Assembly (NCBI GenBank): GCA_045106985.1
Contig: JBGCFQ010000024.1
Span: 128,502 to 192,501, forward strand
Direction of reading: 5' to 3'
From: Pseudomonadales bacterium
GTDB lineage: Bacteria; Pseudomonadota; Gammaproteobacteria; Pseudomonadales; JAUIET01
DNA length: 64,000 bases
Shown piece by piece: positions 42,083 to 52,309 of the stretch (positions are counted from its first letter, which is position 1; every line of letters starts with the position of its first letter). The notes under the pieces were generated by a model. The model did not search any database. It had not been told where the DNA came from and saw nothing but the letters and a program-made list of their open reading frames with translations. The position numbers and the translations under genes are program-made.

Positions 42083-44857
42083 TCAAATCTCGAATAAAAC
42101 CTCTAAGTCGTGTTCTTCATGCCAGTTCAATAAACGCGCTACCTCGCTATCCAATTCGGCCAGCAAACTGAATGCAGCGGACGTCTCATTACTTTTCAAT
42201 TTCGTTTCTATGTTGTGACAAATTTGCCGCAACGCGGGTACTCCCGTATAGCAGGCATGGCCGTGAAGATAGTGCACGGCATCTCTCAGCTCGCTTAACG
42301 TGTTTTGTTGTGCCAATCGTTGAATTTCAATATGCTGCTCGGCCAACGATTCCAGCAATCCGGACAACATTTCGTGTGCAATAGCAGGCTTATTTGATGC
42401 AAGTTTCAGGCAGTCAGAAACATCAACTGGGCCGACTCGTTCGCTCTCTTCGCCCGGATAAGTGTCTTCTACTAGTACGGTCTGTTCATCTATTAGTGCA
42501 GCGCCAGCGCCACCGTCGTCCTGACTCCACCTGTTCAGAACGCTGCGTAGTTGATCTTCCATGATAGGCTTGCCAAGGTAATCGTTCATACCTGCGCGAA
42601 GAAAGGAATTGCGATCTTCGATGTGAGCGTGCGCGGTTACGGCAATAACAGGAGTTGCTTTGTTTAAGATACTCTCGGTTCGTATCAATTGTGCAGCCTC
42701 GATGCCTGAAATTTCCGGCATCTGAATATCCATGAAAATCATCTCGAAGGATTCCTGATCAGCCAAGGCAATGGCTTCGGCGCCGCTGCTTACAGGTAAG
42801 CAATCAAAGTTCTCCTGTTCTAGCATCAATCTTAGTAGCTTCAAATTCGCAGAATTATCGTCAACAATCAGGATTCGTTGGGAGGCTGACGATGCACGTG
42901 TTTTCTGAGTGACATTAAGCAACTTTTTTTGCTGCTCTTGTTCCTGAGGTAGTCGAGCGTTCAGTGCGTCATAAAGTTCGAAGCGACGCAGTGGAATAAC
43001 AAGGATGTTCTCTGCAGAAAAATTCAGTTTTGATTGAACTCGATTTTGCATTTCGCGAGCGCACAGCACTAAGACATTGTTTTTCTCTGCCATTGTCTGC
43101 AGAAGCTGAACCTCGCTTGGAGACGACAAGTTCGCTTCATTCACGCCAATGACCGCAACGACCGGATCATCAATTGAGTAGTTAGAAAGCTGTTCGGTGC
43201 ACGCCTCAAAAGATAAAACGCGTTCAGCGTCAACATTCCAGCGCCGGAATATATGCTGCATTGCTGTCGCTAGTCCAGTGTCATTGTGGTTGTAGAGAAC
43301 ATGTAAGGGCTGCAGTTCAATAGGTTTGTTTTGTTGGGAAACGATTTTAGTATGCAGAGTGAAACGAAAGGTCGATCCTTCGCCCTCCTGGCTGTGCAAG
43401 ACAATGCTGCTACCCATTTGTTCAACAAGTCTTTGCGCAATAACAAGGCCCAGCCCAGTGCCCCCATAGTTCCTGCTAACTGATCGATCGCCTTGACTAA
43501 ATGCACTGAACAGGTTCCGTTGCTGCTCATCACTCATTCCTATACCAGTGTCGCTAACGCTTAATTCTATTTCTTCATTATTGCTACTAGCGACTTCGAT
43601 CTTAACGTAACCTGCGTCGGTAAACTTAATTGCATTATGTACCAGGTTTGTCATTACTTGCTGAAGGCGTTGAGGGTCTCCAGTGATGAACTCAGGTACA
43701 TTAGGCTGATAGATGATACTAAGCACAATGTCTTTGTCATTGCTCATGGGCGCCATCAGTGTCATGGTTTCTTCGAGTAGGTCAAATAAATTGATGGTGA
43801 TGTAATCTAAAACCAGTTTGCCGGCCTCAATCTTTGAAAAATCAAGAATGTCATTGATGATCCGAAGTAGGCCATTGGCTGATTGTCGAATTGTGCTGAC
43901 ATAGTCGATTTGCTTGTCGGCAAGCGGAGTCTTCATAATCAGATTGGTGAAGCCGATTATGCCGTTCAAAGGCGTTCTTATTTCGTGGCTAGTGTTGGCG
44001 AGAAATTCTGACTTCACGTGCGAGGCGTTAACGGCTTCCTTTCGCGCTAAATCGAGCTCTATATTTTGTACTTCCAGCGTTTCCAGCGTCTCGCGTAGGT
44101 CGCGGGTGGTTTGTGCGGCACTGCGTTCACTTTCTTTTTGGGCGTCATAGAATTGTGCCCACATTTCGTTGAGTTTAGACGCTATAAGATCTAATTCGTC
44201 TTGTGTGCTATCTACTTCTATGGTGGCGGCCATTGATGTGCTGGAAGTTTGGCTGATACCTGCAAGAATTTTCTCCACCTTGCGGTTGTAGCTATTACTA
44301 AAGTAGAGGGCTAACGCGATCAGGCTGATGAGTAGACCAAGAGTGACACCGCCAGACGTCAATAGCACCTGGAACATGCTAATGATCAAAGGATGATTTG
44401 CATATTCAAGCTCAACCCAGCCTAGGGCCGCGTCGGGTTGTTCGGTGAACAATTGCTTTGGGTCTATTGGGCGTACAAAACGATAGGAACCCTCAGATTC
44501 TCCGATGACGACATCATTGTTGATGGCAGGCCGTTCTCGCAAAATAGGCAGCATGCTCGGCCCTGAGTGAACAGGTCTTTTCAATAGTTCCGAATAAATA
44601 GTGACCGATCGCACAGCATGCTCTTCGAGCACGGCATCGGCCAGGCGCTGCAAAGTGTCTTCACTGATCGATTCTTCAGCCACGGCGCCTGTCAGAAGCG
44701 CTAATTGGGTGCTTGCTGAAACGCCGCGTTCGAGTAAAAAACGTTCTAAAACAACTTGTTGCGCACTAACAAAGAAGAAGCCGAGCAAAATAACGGCAAT
44801 ACTCAGGAAGCCAACGTTGAGCAACAGCATACGACGTTTCAATGACCATACAGGCAT
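42083..44857 (-). CDS. gacS: unorthodox hybrid sensor kinase (TM-periplasmic-TM-HAMP-HisKA-HATPase-pseudoreceiver-REC-HPt), BarA/GacS type
   Basis: H-box 'SHEIRTPLNGI', 'GTGLGLVIAQ', REC 'ILIVDDN...IFMDIQMP' and HPt 'YLHGHACYTG'. It is divergent from cysM, as gacS is in Pseudomonas. Confidence 0.65.
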   Translation of the reverse strand: MPVWSLKRRMLLLNVGFLSIAVILLGFFFVSAQQVVLERFLLERGVSASTQLALLTGAVAEESISEDTLQRLADAVLEEHAVRSVTIYSELLKRPVHSGPSMLPILRERPAINNDVVIGESEGSYRFVRPIDPKQLFTEQPDAALGWVELEYANHPLIISMFQVLLTSGGVTLGLLISLIALALYFSNSYNRKVEKILAGISQTSSTSMAATIEVDSTQDELDLIASKLNEMWAQFYDAQKESERSAAQTTRDLRETLETLEVQNIELDLARKEAVNASHVKSEFLANTSHEIRTPLNGIIGFTNLIMKTPLADKQIDYVSTIRQSANGLLRIINDILDFSKIEAGKLVLDYITINLFDLLEETMTLMAPMSNDKDIVLSIIYQPNVPEFITGDPQRLQQVMTNLVHNAIKFTDAGYVKIEVASSNNEEIELSVSDTGIGMSDEQQRNLFSAFSQGDRSVSRNYGGTGLGLVIAQRLVEQMGSSIVLHSQEGEGSTFRFTLHTKIVSQQNKPIELQPLHVLYNHNDTGLATAMQHIFRRWNVDAERVLSFEACTEQLSNYSIDDPVVAVIGVNEANLSSPSEVQLLQTMAEKNNVLVLCAREMQNRVQSKLNFSAENILVIPLRRFELYDALNARLPQEQEQQKKLLNVTQKTRASSASQRILIVDDNSANLKLLRLMLEQENFDCLPVSSGAEAIALADQESFEMIFMDIQMPEISGIEAAQLIRTESILNKATPVIAVTAHAHIEDRNSFLRAGMNDYLGKPIMEDQLRSVLNRWSQDDGGAGAALIDEQTVLVEDTYPGEESERVGPVDVSDCLKLASNKPAIAHEMLSGLLESLAEQHIEIQRLAQQNTLSELRDAVHYLHGHACYTGVPALRQICHNIETKLKSNETSAAFSLLAELDSEVARLLNWHEEHDLEVLFEI

Positions 44858-44949
44858 ACGTTTATTGTTCTCTTGGTGTTAAAATAGTGCCCTCTGATCG
44901 CCTGCTAATCTAAACAACTGGCGTCGCTGTAGAGTAGATAGTATACGCT

Positions 44950-45861
44950 ATGCAAGACCTTGATTTTCCAACCATTGAATCGTGCATTGGCAATACGCCA
45001 CTGGTGCGTTTACAGCGTTTGCCAGGCAATACAAGCAATACCATACTGGCGAAGCTTGAGGGTAACAACCCTGCGGGCTCAGTAAAAGACCGAGCGGCTT
45101 TGAGTATGATCCAGCGTGCCGAACAGCGTGGCCAAATTAAACCAGGCGATACTCTGATTGAAGCGACTAGTGGCAATACAGGCATTGCCCTGGCTATGGC
45201 GGCAGCGATCAAGGGCTATAAGATAATACTCATAATGCCCGACCATATGAGTGAAGAGCGCAAGCTCGCAATGTCAGCCTATGGCGCAAAGTTGTTGGGA
45301 GTATCCCAAACAGGGGGTATGGAGGAGGCTCGTGACCTTGCGCTGGCTATGCAGGCGAGAGGTGAGGGTAAGGTTTTGGATCAATTCTCCAACCCCGATA
45401 ACCCGCTCGCACACTACGACACGACAGGGCCAGAAATTTGGTCACAAACCGCTGGGCGAATTACTCATTTTGTCAGCTCTATGGGCACAACGGGCACAAT
45501 AATGGGCGTTTCTCGTTACCTTAAAGAACAGAACCCTGATATCCAGATAGTTGGTTTGCAGCCTGAAGATGGTTCAGCCATTCCGGGAATTCGCCGTTGG
45601 CCAACTGAGTATCTGCCCAAAATATTTGAATCAACAAGGGTCGATAGAACCATCGATATAAGCCAGCATCAATCGGAAACAACCATGCGCGAATTGGCTC
45701 GTACCGAGGGCATCTTTTGCGGGGTGTCGTCGGGAGGCGCTATCTCTGCAGCATTACAGTTGTCAGCTGAAGTGGAAAACGCGGTGATCGTTGCAATTGT
45801 GTGCGACAGAGGCGATCGATACATGTCTACAGGTGTGTTTGCTGATGGTTCAAGCGCGTAA
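44950..45861 (+). CDS. cysM: cysteine synthase B
   Basis: 'NPAGSVKDRAA' PLP-lysine motif and 'SGNTGIALA'. 303 aa. Confidence 0.9.
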   Translation: MQDLDFPTIESCIGNTPLVRLQRLPGNTSNTILAKLEGNNPAGSVKDRAALSMIQRAEQRGQIKPGDTLIEATSGNTGIALAMAAAIKGYKIILIMPDHMSEERKLAMSAYGAKLLGVSQTGGMEEARDLALAMQARGEGKVLDQFSNPDNPLAHYDTTGPEIWSQTAGRITHFVSSMGTTGTIMGVSRYLKEQNPDIQIVGLQPEDGSAIPGIRRWPTEYLPKIFESTRVDRTIDISQHQSETTMRELARTEGIFCGVSSGGAISAALQLSAEVENAVIVAIVCDRGDRYMSTGVFADGSSA

Positions 45862-48076
45862 ATCGTCGCTTGCTCTGCTAGCGACAAAGTTCGAGTTCGA
45901 CGACTGGTATTCGCAGCTACAGCTGCCAGATGACACCTATCAGGCTGAGGTGCTGGCGCAGGCTTTGGACATGAGTGCTGCCGCGGAGCTAGAGGCCGGC
46001 GTTAGCAGCCATATAGGAACAGACAAGAGTGCATTCCACTTTGGATTGCAGATGGCTGAAATATTGCTGGCCTACAAGGTTGATCAAAATGCCTTTGTTG
46101 CCGCCTTGCTGTATAGACAAGTGCGCAAAATGCGAGTTTCGCTAGATGAAATAGAGCAGCAGTTTGGACCGCAGGTCAGCACCTTAATTGCCGGTGTTCA
46201 ACGCATGGCAATGATTAGCCAAACAAGCGATGACCCTACTCGATCAGTGCTGGGTCAAGGTGCAAATCAAGCACAAGCTATTCGTAAAATGCTGATTTCC
46301 ATCGTTGACGACGTGCGCATAGCCCTGCTCAAGTTGGCCGAACGAACGGTAGCAATACGTGTGGCAAAGGATGAGCCACAAAGGCGTATCAAAATAGCCC
46401 GGGAAGTATTTAATGTGTATGTGCCACTGGCGCATAGGCTTGGTATTGGGCAGCTTAAGTGGGAGCTGGAAGATCTGTCATTTCGCTATCTTGAGCCCGA
46501 CGTTTATCAACAGATAGCGGGTTTGCTGGCTGAAAAAAGAGTTGATAGGGAATCATTTATTGATCAGGTTGCTCAGCAACTAACAGAATCGTTGAATGAT
46601 GCGGGGGTTAACTCTGACATAAGCGGCAGAGTGAAGCATATTTTCAGCATTTGGCGAAAGATGCGTTCTAAAGCCATAAGTTTTTCAGAAGTTTATGACA
46701 TTCGTGCTGTGCGTATTTTGGTGGACAGACCTCACGATTGCTACGCGGCATTAGGGATTGTGCATTTGCTCTGGCGCAGTGTTCCAAACGAATTTGACGA
46801 TTACATAGCCAATCCAAAGGAGAATGGTTATCGGTCCTTGCATACGGCGGTGATTGGGCCTGGAGGAAGAACGCTTGAGGTTCAGATCCGTACGCATTCC
46901 ATGCATCAGGAAGCCGAATACGGTGTGTGCGCGCACTGGGTGTACAAGGGGTCTGACAGCGAAAGATCTACGGATACCTCCTACGAGGAAAAAATCGCAT
47001 GGCTTCGCGAGGTGCTGCAATGGAATGAAGATATGCAGCAAAGTGACGGCTTGGGTCGTCAGATACGTAGCCAAATCGTTAGTGATCGAGTGTATGTGTT
47101 TACGCCAGAAGGCCATGTTGTTGATTTGCCTCGGGGTGCGACGCCAATCGACTTCGCCTATCATGTTCATACCGACGTTGGTCACCGCTGCAAAGGGGCA
47201 AAGATTGGCGGGCGTATAGTGCCGCTGTCCTATCAGTTGAAAACAGGCGAGCAGATCGAAATCATTACTGGCAGCCAATTTTCGCCCAGTCGAGATTGGA
47301 TGCGCGATGGTTTAGCGTACACGCGTACTGCGCGGGCTAAATCGAAGATACGGCAGTGGTTCAAGCGACAAGACAGCGAAGATAATGAAGCTGCAGGCCA
47401 ACAGTTGGTTGAACGTGAATTTAAACGCCTTGCCCTGACCAGCCTTGATTACAGTTATGTTGCGCGTAAAGTTAATTGTCAGAGCGTAGAGTCAATGTAT
47501 GCGGCGATCGGTGCCGGAGATATTGGTTTGAACCAAGTGTTGAATGCGGCGCAGAGCATACTGGGAGCGGATAGCCCTGACTTTAAACCACGTATCCACG
47601 ACATTGAGCGGGCTGAAAAAGCGATTGGCGTGCAAATTGGAGGCGTTGGTAACTTGCTCAGCCACTTGGCAAGGTGTTGCAAAGCTGTGCCGGGCGACCC
47701 CATTCTGGGTTACGTAACGCAGGGAAGGGGGGTGTCGATACACCGTCAAGACTGCGGGCGAATGTTGTCTCTGGTGGACAAAGACCCAGATCGCGTAATA
47801 GAGGTTAGCTGGGACGGATACGACGAATATACCTACCCGGTAGAAATCAGAGTGGAAGCCTATGATCGCAGAGGGCTATTGAGCGATGTGACAGGCCTAT
47901 TAGCAGCCGAAAAGTGCAATCTGACACAGGTGCAAACTCACACTAACAAACAAACCAACACTGTTCGAATAGTGATCACTATCGAGGTAGATGGCCTTCA
48001 CTCTTTGGCTAGTTTGCTGGCCAAAATCAGCATGCTCAAAAATGTCTCATCAGCTGAGCGAATTGTCAGCGGTTGA
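45845..48076 (+). CDS. relA: GTP pyrophosphokinase (RelA/SpoT homolog, long form)
   Basis: Synthetase core 'YRSLHTAV...LEVQIRTHSMH', followed by TGS and ACT regions. The ATG at 45845 gives 'MVQARK...' and overlaps the cysM end by 17 nt. Confidence 0.9.
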   Translation: MVQARKSSLALLATKFEFDDWYSQLQLPDDTYQAEVLAQALDMSAAAELEAGVSSHIGTDKSAFHFGLQMAEILLAYKVDQNAFVAALLYRQVRKMRVSLDEIEQQFGPQVSTLIAGVQRMAMISQTSDDPTRSVLGQGANQAQAIRKMLISIVDDVRIALLKLAERTVAIRVAKDEPQRRIKIAREVFNVYVPLAHRLGIGQLKWELEDLSFRYLEPDVYQQIAGLLAEKRVDRESFIDQVAQQLTESLNDAGVNSDISGRVKHIFSIWRKMRSKAISFSEVYDIRAVRILVDRPHDCYAALGIVHLLWRSVPNEFDDYIANPKENGYRSLHTAVIGPGGRTLEVQIRTHSMHQEAEYGVCAHWVYKGSDSERSTDTSYEEKIAWLREVLQWNEDMQQSDGLGRQIRSQIVSDRVYVFTPEGHVVDLPRGATPIDFAYHVHTDVGHRCKGAKIGGRIVPLSYQLKTGEQIEIITGSQFSPSRDWMRDGLAYTRTARAKSKIRQWFKRQDSEDNEAAGQQLVEREFKRLALTSLDYSYVARKVNCQSVESMYAAIGAGDIGLNQVLNAAQSILGADSPDFKPRIHDIERAEKAIGVQIGGVGNLLSHLARCCKAVPGDPILGYVTQGRGVSIHRQDCGRMLSLVDKDPDRVIEVSWDGYDEYTYPVEIRVEAYDRRGLLSDVTGLLAAEKCNLTQVQTHTNKQTNTVRIVITIEVDGLHSLASLLAKISMLKNVSSAERIVSG

Positions 48077-48186
48077 AGCACCTCTTCACTGATCACTTGG
48101 TCTACACTTAGTAAAGCGCGCGAGCACGTCCTGCAATCAACTTGGGCTCGGCGCACCAGGGTTCGTCAGCTATAAAAAAGAGACCA

Positions 48187-49431
48187 ATGAGCAAACAAGA
48201 AGTTGTCCTACCTAATACCGGTTTTGCTCGCAATATGGGGCGAGGCCATGCTCAGCAAGGCAATCTGCGCTATTTGGAAAAGTCGATTCATGAGCGCTGG
48301 GCATTAGGGCAGAATATAGTTTTGTGCTGGACCCCGTCGCGATCTGGAATCGATTTATTGATCGTGCCTCACTATTTTCTCGGTGCTTTCTCTGCAAGCC
48401 TTAATGAGGTGCAGAAGCCTGGCTCGCGCGTTGAAGAAAATGGCGAGTTTATTCGTGAACTTATCTCCACCGACAGGCGCATGAAAAACACCGATTTTGC
48501 GCGCGCAGAAAAACGCTTGGACCTGCAACGGCTGTCACTTAAGTTGCCTATACCACTCTCTGAAGAACCGCACATCCTCGAGCAGATAGAAGATATCGTA
48601 AAGCGCCATAGCATTAGCTTTGTGCCCAAGCGAGCGGTTTTGCTGTTCGACATCGTAGACTTCACTTTGTTTACACCCTTCGAGCAAACTAGCCAGCTAA
48701 CCAGCTTGTCTTATTCGCTAAATTCCGCGTATAACAAAATGCAGCAGATGGGTATCGACATAGACTTCCGCCGTACTACCACCGGCGACGGGTTTTACGT
48801 TTGGGTTCGCGCGAACGAACCAATAATGACGATTCACCTTTTTCAATTCATGCTATTGGCCATTGCTGATAATGCGATTGCCAAACGCAAGTCGGTTGGC
48901 AATACCGTTCCGGTTATACGCACCGGTTTTCATGTTGGCAGCCACTACGAGTTTTATCAGGCCGAAGCACTCAACCCAACCATGAACAGCTACATTGTCG
49001 GCGAAGTAACCATAGAGCTGGCCAGAATGCTTGATCTTGCGCAGGCGGGGCAGATTTTCATAGGTGACTTCATTGCAGAAATTCCAACCTCGAATCGTGA
49101 TGGCGCGTATTTAATAGAGGTGGATGCGCAAAAGTTCTTGGAAAGAGTTGCGCGTAACCTCGAGGGTTTTAAAGGTCTGGTTTTGTCTGATGAGGAAGTG
49201 GTGGCGATCCATGCTTACCTAACAGGTGAAACAGGTCTCTCTGCGGGTCAAATTGTTAGAAAGTTTAAGATAACCGACAAGCATGGCCGCTCGCGCTATG
49301 CGCACAACCTTCGTTGCAACATTCATATCAAGAATGGTAAAACTATTATCCTTGGTTTGCAGGACTACTACTTGCCAAAGTCGGGCAATGTTCTCGGCGA
49401 GAGCCGTTCAAAGCCTATGATTACTGGCTAG
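48187..49431 (+). CDS. divergent class III nucleotidyl cyclase homology domain protein
   Basis: 'AVLLFDIVDFT' (cf. FxDIxGFT), 'TTGDGFYVW' (cf. GDxxM), 'IRTGFHVGSHYEF' (cf. RiGiHtG) and 'YIVGEVTIELARM' (cf. GdtVNlAaR). It also has unknown about 150-aa N-terminal and about 100-aa C-terminal regions. Confidence 0.55.
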   Translation: MSKQEVVLPNTGFARNMGRGHAQQGNLRYLEKSIHERWALGQNIVLCWTPSRSGIDLLIVPHYFLGAFSASLNEVQKPGSRVEENGEFIRELISTDRRMKNTDFARAEKRLDLQRLSLKLPIPLSEEPHILEQIEDIVKRHSISFVPKRAVLLFDIVDFTLFTPFEQTSQLTSLSYSLNSAYNKMQQMGIDIDFRRTTTGDGFYVWVRANEPIMTIHLFQFMLLAIADNAIAKRKSVGNTVPVIRTGFHVGSHYEFYQAEALNPTMNSYIVGEVTIELARMLDLAQAGQIFIGDFIAEIPTSNRDGAYLIEVDAQKFLERVARNLEGFKGLVLSDEEVVAIHAYLTGETGLSAGQIVRKFKITDKHGRSRYAHNLRCNIHIKNGKTIILGLQDYYLPKSGNVLGESRSKPMITG

Positions 49432-49692
49432 CATTACTCCTTAAGTCTCTATTTTTCTTCTGCTGAAGAACGGTCGGATGATCGCCAGCTAATCTAGTTC
49501 ACGGCCTCTCTAAGCCAGTGTTCGCAATGGTATCTCTTCGTAATACGCCTTTTCTGAGTGTTAATGTCTGTCAATTTGAATATTTTTGTCCTATCGACTT
49601 AGTCTCTGTTCTATCAATATGCCGCCGACATTCAGTGTCGTCGTCATTGGTACCATAATTCAAATCCAGCAATTCATGTCAGGAGAACCTTC

Positions 49693-52068
49693 ATGAGAAC
49701 ACCACGTTTAACAGTTATCGCCATTGCTATAGCATCCGCCAATGTTTCAGGTGTAGCAATTGCTCAGGAGAACAGTCTTGTTTTAGAGGAGATTGTAGTT
49801 ACGGCCCGAAAACGCTCTGAAAGCATGCAAGACGTGCCGATGGCGATATCCGCGTTCACGGGCGATCAATTACAAAACTTCGGAATTGACAGCATCACCG
49901 AGGTTGCTCGGATGACACCGAACCTCATCATGAACGAGACCAGCGGGTTAGTTGGCGGAGCGATTTCTGTCTTCATGCGGGGAATCGGCAACGACCCAGG
50001 GTTGGCTCAGGGTGTTGGTATTTATGTGGATGATGTCTATCTCAACCGCACAAGCGGCGCACTCCTGGAAGTATTCGATGTAGATCGTATTGAAGTCCTG
50101 AAAGGACCCCAGGGCCACCTTTATGGACGCAACACCATCGGTGGCGCCGTTAAGTACATTACCAGAGAACCGGGTGAAGAGTTCGAGGGCAACGCAGAGG
50201 TTAAAGTCGGTTCAGATGGTTACCTCAGGGTGAAAGGTGGTGCATCTGGGCCGCTGGTCGACAACACGCTATTCGGTGGTGTGTCTGTTTCCTGGAAGGA
50301 GCGCGATGGCTTCCAGAACAATAGCTTTGCTGGCAGTGACGACCCCTGGGGCGTTGACACTATGGCTATCCGTGGCACGTTAGTGTGGGCACCTAGCGAC
50401 ACTGTAAAAGTGAAATTAGCTGGCGATTACTCCAAGGACGAATCTCTGCCGCCAGTACCGAACCGTATTGCACTAGACGAAGCCAATATTGGTACCATTA
50501 ATTTGATTACCACCACAGCCAATGCACTATTCGGACCGGGAACGGCGCTGTTTGATACACCCCATGATCTCAGCTTTCCTGCTGACGTTGACGACGTGTC
50601 TACAGGTTTCATTGATGGTTTCAACCAATTCGAAATTGAACAGACCAATGTGGCCCTCACCGTCGAGTGGGATTTAAGCGATCAGTGGGTGTTGAAGTCG
50701 GTTACCGCTGGACGCTTTTTGGAGTCTGTACAGCCATTTGACTTTGATGGCAGTGAGCAATTGTGGATCAATACTATCCGCGAGGGCATTGAAAGCGAGG
50801 ACCTCAGCCAGGAGTTCCAGCTCAACTTCACCGGAGATACCGTCAATGCCGTTATGGGTTTGTATTACCTCGAGTCTGAGCAAACCCAGGGTGCTAACCG
50901 AACTTTTCAGTCCGCCCGTTTACGCGCGGTTCAGTTCCACGATAAAAATACCACGGTAGATGATCGCGATCTGGACTCAGTATCCGCCTATGCGAATGTA
51001 GACTGGAATATCAGCGATGACTTGCAGTTGTCAGTTGGCGGTCGCTATACCAAAGACTCCAAAAAGGAGATTCAGCGCTCCACGGTAACTCAGGGTTTTT
51101 ATGCACTGGCGATTTCATCTGCCACTGGTCCTCTACCGCTGGCGATAATGCCTGGCCAGGAGGCGTTAGTGGAGGCGAGTCCGCTGTTTGTTACCTGGGC
51201 TGCTAACACCCGGTTTTTCGAATTCAGCGCGCCAGAAAACACGGACGCCGAAGACGATTGGACGGAGTTTACTCCCAGCGCCAGACTGTCCTATCACTTG
51301 AGCGATGACACTATGGTGTACGGAGGTGTTTCTACCGGCTTCAAATCTGGCGGTTTTAACCGTACCGGTGGCAACTCTTCTTCCTTCGCACCGGAGACAG
51401 TAACCACGTATTCGCTGGGATTGAAGTCAACCCTGATGGATGGCAGTCTGCGCTTGAACTCAGAGTTGTTCTACAACGATTATCAGGACAAGCAGCTTCA
51501 ATCTATCCAGATTTTGGCAGATGGTTCTCTGGATGCACAGACTTTGAACGTTGGTGAAGTCACCAACAGCGGTATCGAGTTCGAAGTAACTTGGTTGCCA
51601 CCGGTTGACGGTCTGATGGTTAACTTCAATATTGGTTATCTTGACACCACGATAGACTCCTATGAGTCTCGTGATGACGCAGGCAATGTGATCGATCTGG
51701 CCGACACGACTGAATTGGGTTACGCACCGGAAATTACGGGCCAACTCCGTGCCACCTACGATATTCCAATGGGCGATACCGGCTACCTGACCTTGGGTGG
51801 CGATGTATCCTACCAGGACGACATGTTTACCACGTCGCCGATCGATTTGAATGATCCGCTGCAAGTTGCACAGATGGCGGAAAACCACTTTATCACTAAT
51901 GCCTCAATTGCCTACCGTAGCAATGACGAGCGCTGGAGAGTTGCACTAGAAGGCAAGAACCTGGGTGATGAGCGCCAGGTAGTAAATACTTTTGATATTG
52001 GTATAGTCGCCACCGCTGGTTACAACGCACCGCGCACTTGGGCCTTGTCAGTGGGCTACGAGTTTTAA
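49693..52068 (+). CDS. TonB-dependent outer-membrane receptor
   Basis: Signal peptide, a plug region 'LEEIVVTARKRSESMQDVPMAISAF' and 'IEVLKGPQG', and a terminal aromatic 'VGYEF'. Confidence 0.9.
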   Translation: MRTPRLTVIAIAIASANVSGVAIAQENSLVLEEIVVTARKRSESMQDVPMAISAFTGDQLQNFGIDSITEVARMTPNLIMNETSGLVGGAISVFMRGIGNDPGLAQGVGIYVDDVYLNRTSGALLEVFDVDRIEVLKGPQGHLYGRNTIGGAVKYITREPGEEFEGNAEVKVGSDGYLRVKGGASGPLVDNTLFGGVSVSWKERDGFQNNSFAGSDDPWGVDTMAIRGTLVWAPSDTVKVKLAGDYSKDESLPPVPNRIALDEANIGTINLITTTANALFGPGTALFDTPHDLSFPADVDDVSTGFIDGFNQFEIEQTNVALTVEWDLSDQWVLKSVTAGRFLESVQPFDFDGSEQLWINTIREGIESEDLSQEFQLNFTGDTVNAVMGLYYLESEQTQGANRTFQSARLRAVQFHDKNTTVDDRDLDSVSAYANVDWNISDDLQLSVGGRYTKDSKKEIQRSTVTQGFYALAISSATGPLPLAIMPGQEALVEASPLFVTWAANTRFFEFSAPENTDAEDDWTEFTPSARLSYHLSDDTMVYGGVSTGFKSGGFNRTGGNSSSFAPETVTTYSLGLKSTLMDGSLRLNSELFYNDYQDKQLQSIQILADGSLDAQTLNVGEVTNSGIEFEVTWLPPVDGLMVNFNIGYLDTTIDSYESRDDAGNVIDLADTTELGYAPEITGQLRATYDIPMGDTGYLTLGGDVSYQDDMFTTSPIDLNDPLQVAQMAENHFITNASIAYRSNDERWRVALEGKNLGDERQVVNTFDIGIVATAGYNAPRTWALSVGYEF

Positions 52069-52237
52069 GCCATAGCTGAGCTTTCTTTGTTGATTGCGCA
52101 CGCGGCTATGCTGGTGTCCTAGTAACTGAGGCAAGATATTTCACCGCAAAACTGTTGGGATTACTGCTAGCTTCTACTTCTACCTTTACAGCTAGATTGC
52201 CCAGGCCGGTGTTGGCGTAGCTAACATCCGGTCTCAT

Positions 52238-52272
52238 TAAAAGGCCCAGGCATTCGTGCATGGGCTTTTTTA
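52238..52272. terminator. bidirectional intrinsic terminator between convergent TBDR and uxuA
   Basis: AAAA-GGCCCAGGCA-ttcg-TGCATGGGC-TTTTTT. The stem is 5 bp, one mismatch, then 3 bp, with a TTCG tetraloop. A-run and T-run flanks allow function on both strands. Confidence 0.7.
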
Positions 52273-52309
52273 TTTATCGGCGGCGGTATTAATCAATCGG
52301 TCACTACGT

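Noticed and set aside
46751-47278. 175-aa antisense ORF inside relA. Similar cases are 30817-31368 in nadB, 35863-36276 in mucD, 51460-51888 in the TBDR gene and 56242-56637 in the aldolase gene.
   Set aside because: All lie fully inside strongly conserved, motif-supported genes on the other strand and show no recognisable motifs of their own. They are typical shadow ORFs.
48187-49431. The cyclase-like gene as part of a Pycsar/CBASS-type defence operon
   Set aside because: No effector gene (TIR, TM, phospholipase or nuclease) is adjacent on either side. The neighbours are relA and a TonB-dependent receptor with separate spacing. I kept this only as an open question in the findings.
49432-49692. 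A riboswitch (cobalamin/TPP) or Fur box in the 261-nt leader of the TonB-dependent receptor
   Set aside because: I could find no B12-box-like element, no TPP 'CTGAGA'-type core and no convincing 19-bp Fur palindrome. There are only short weak hairpins.
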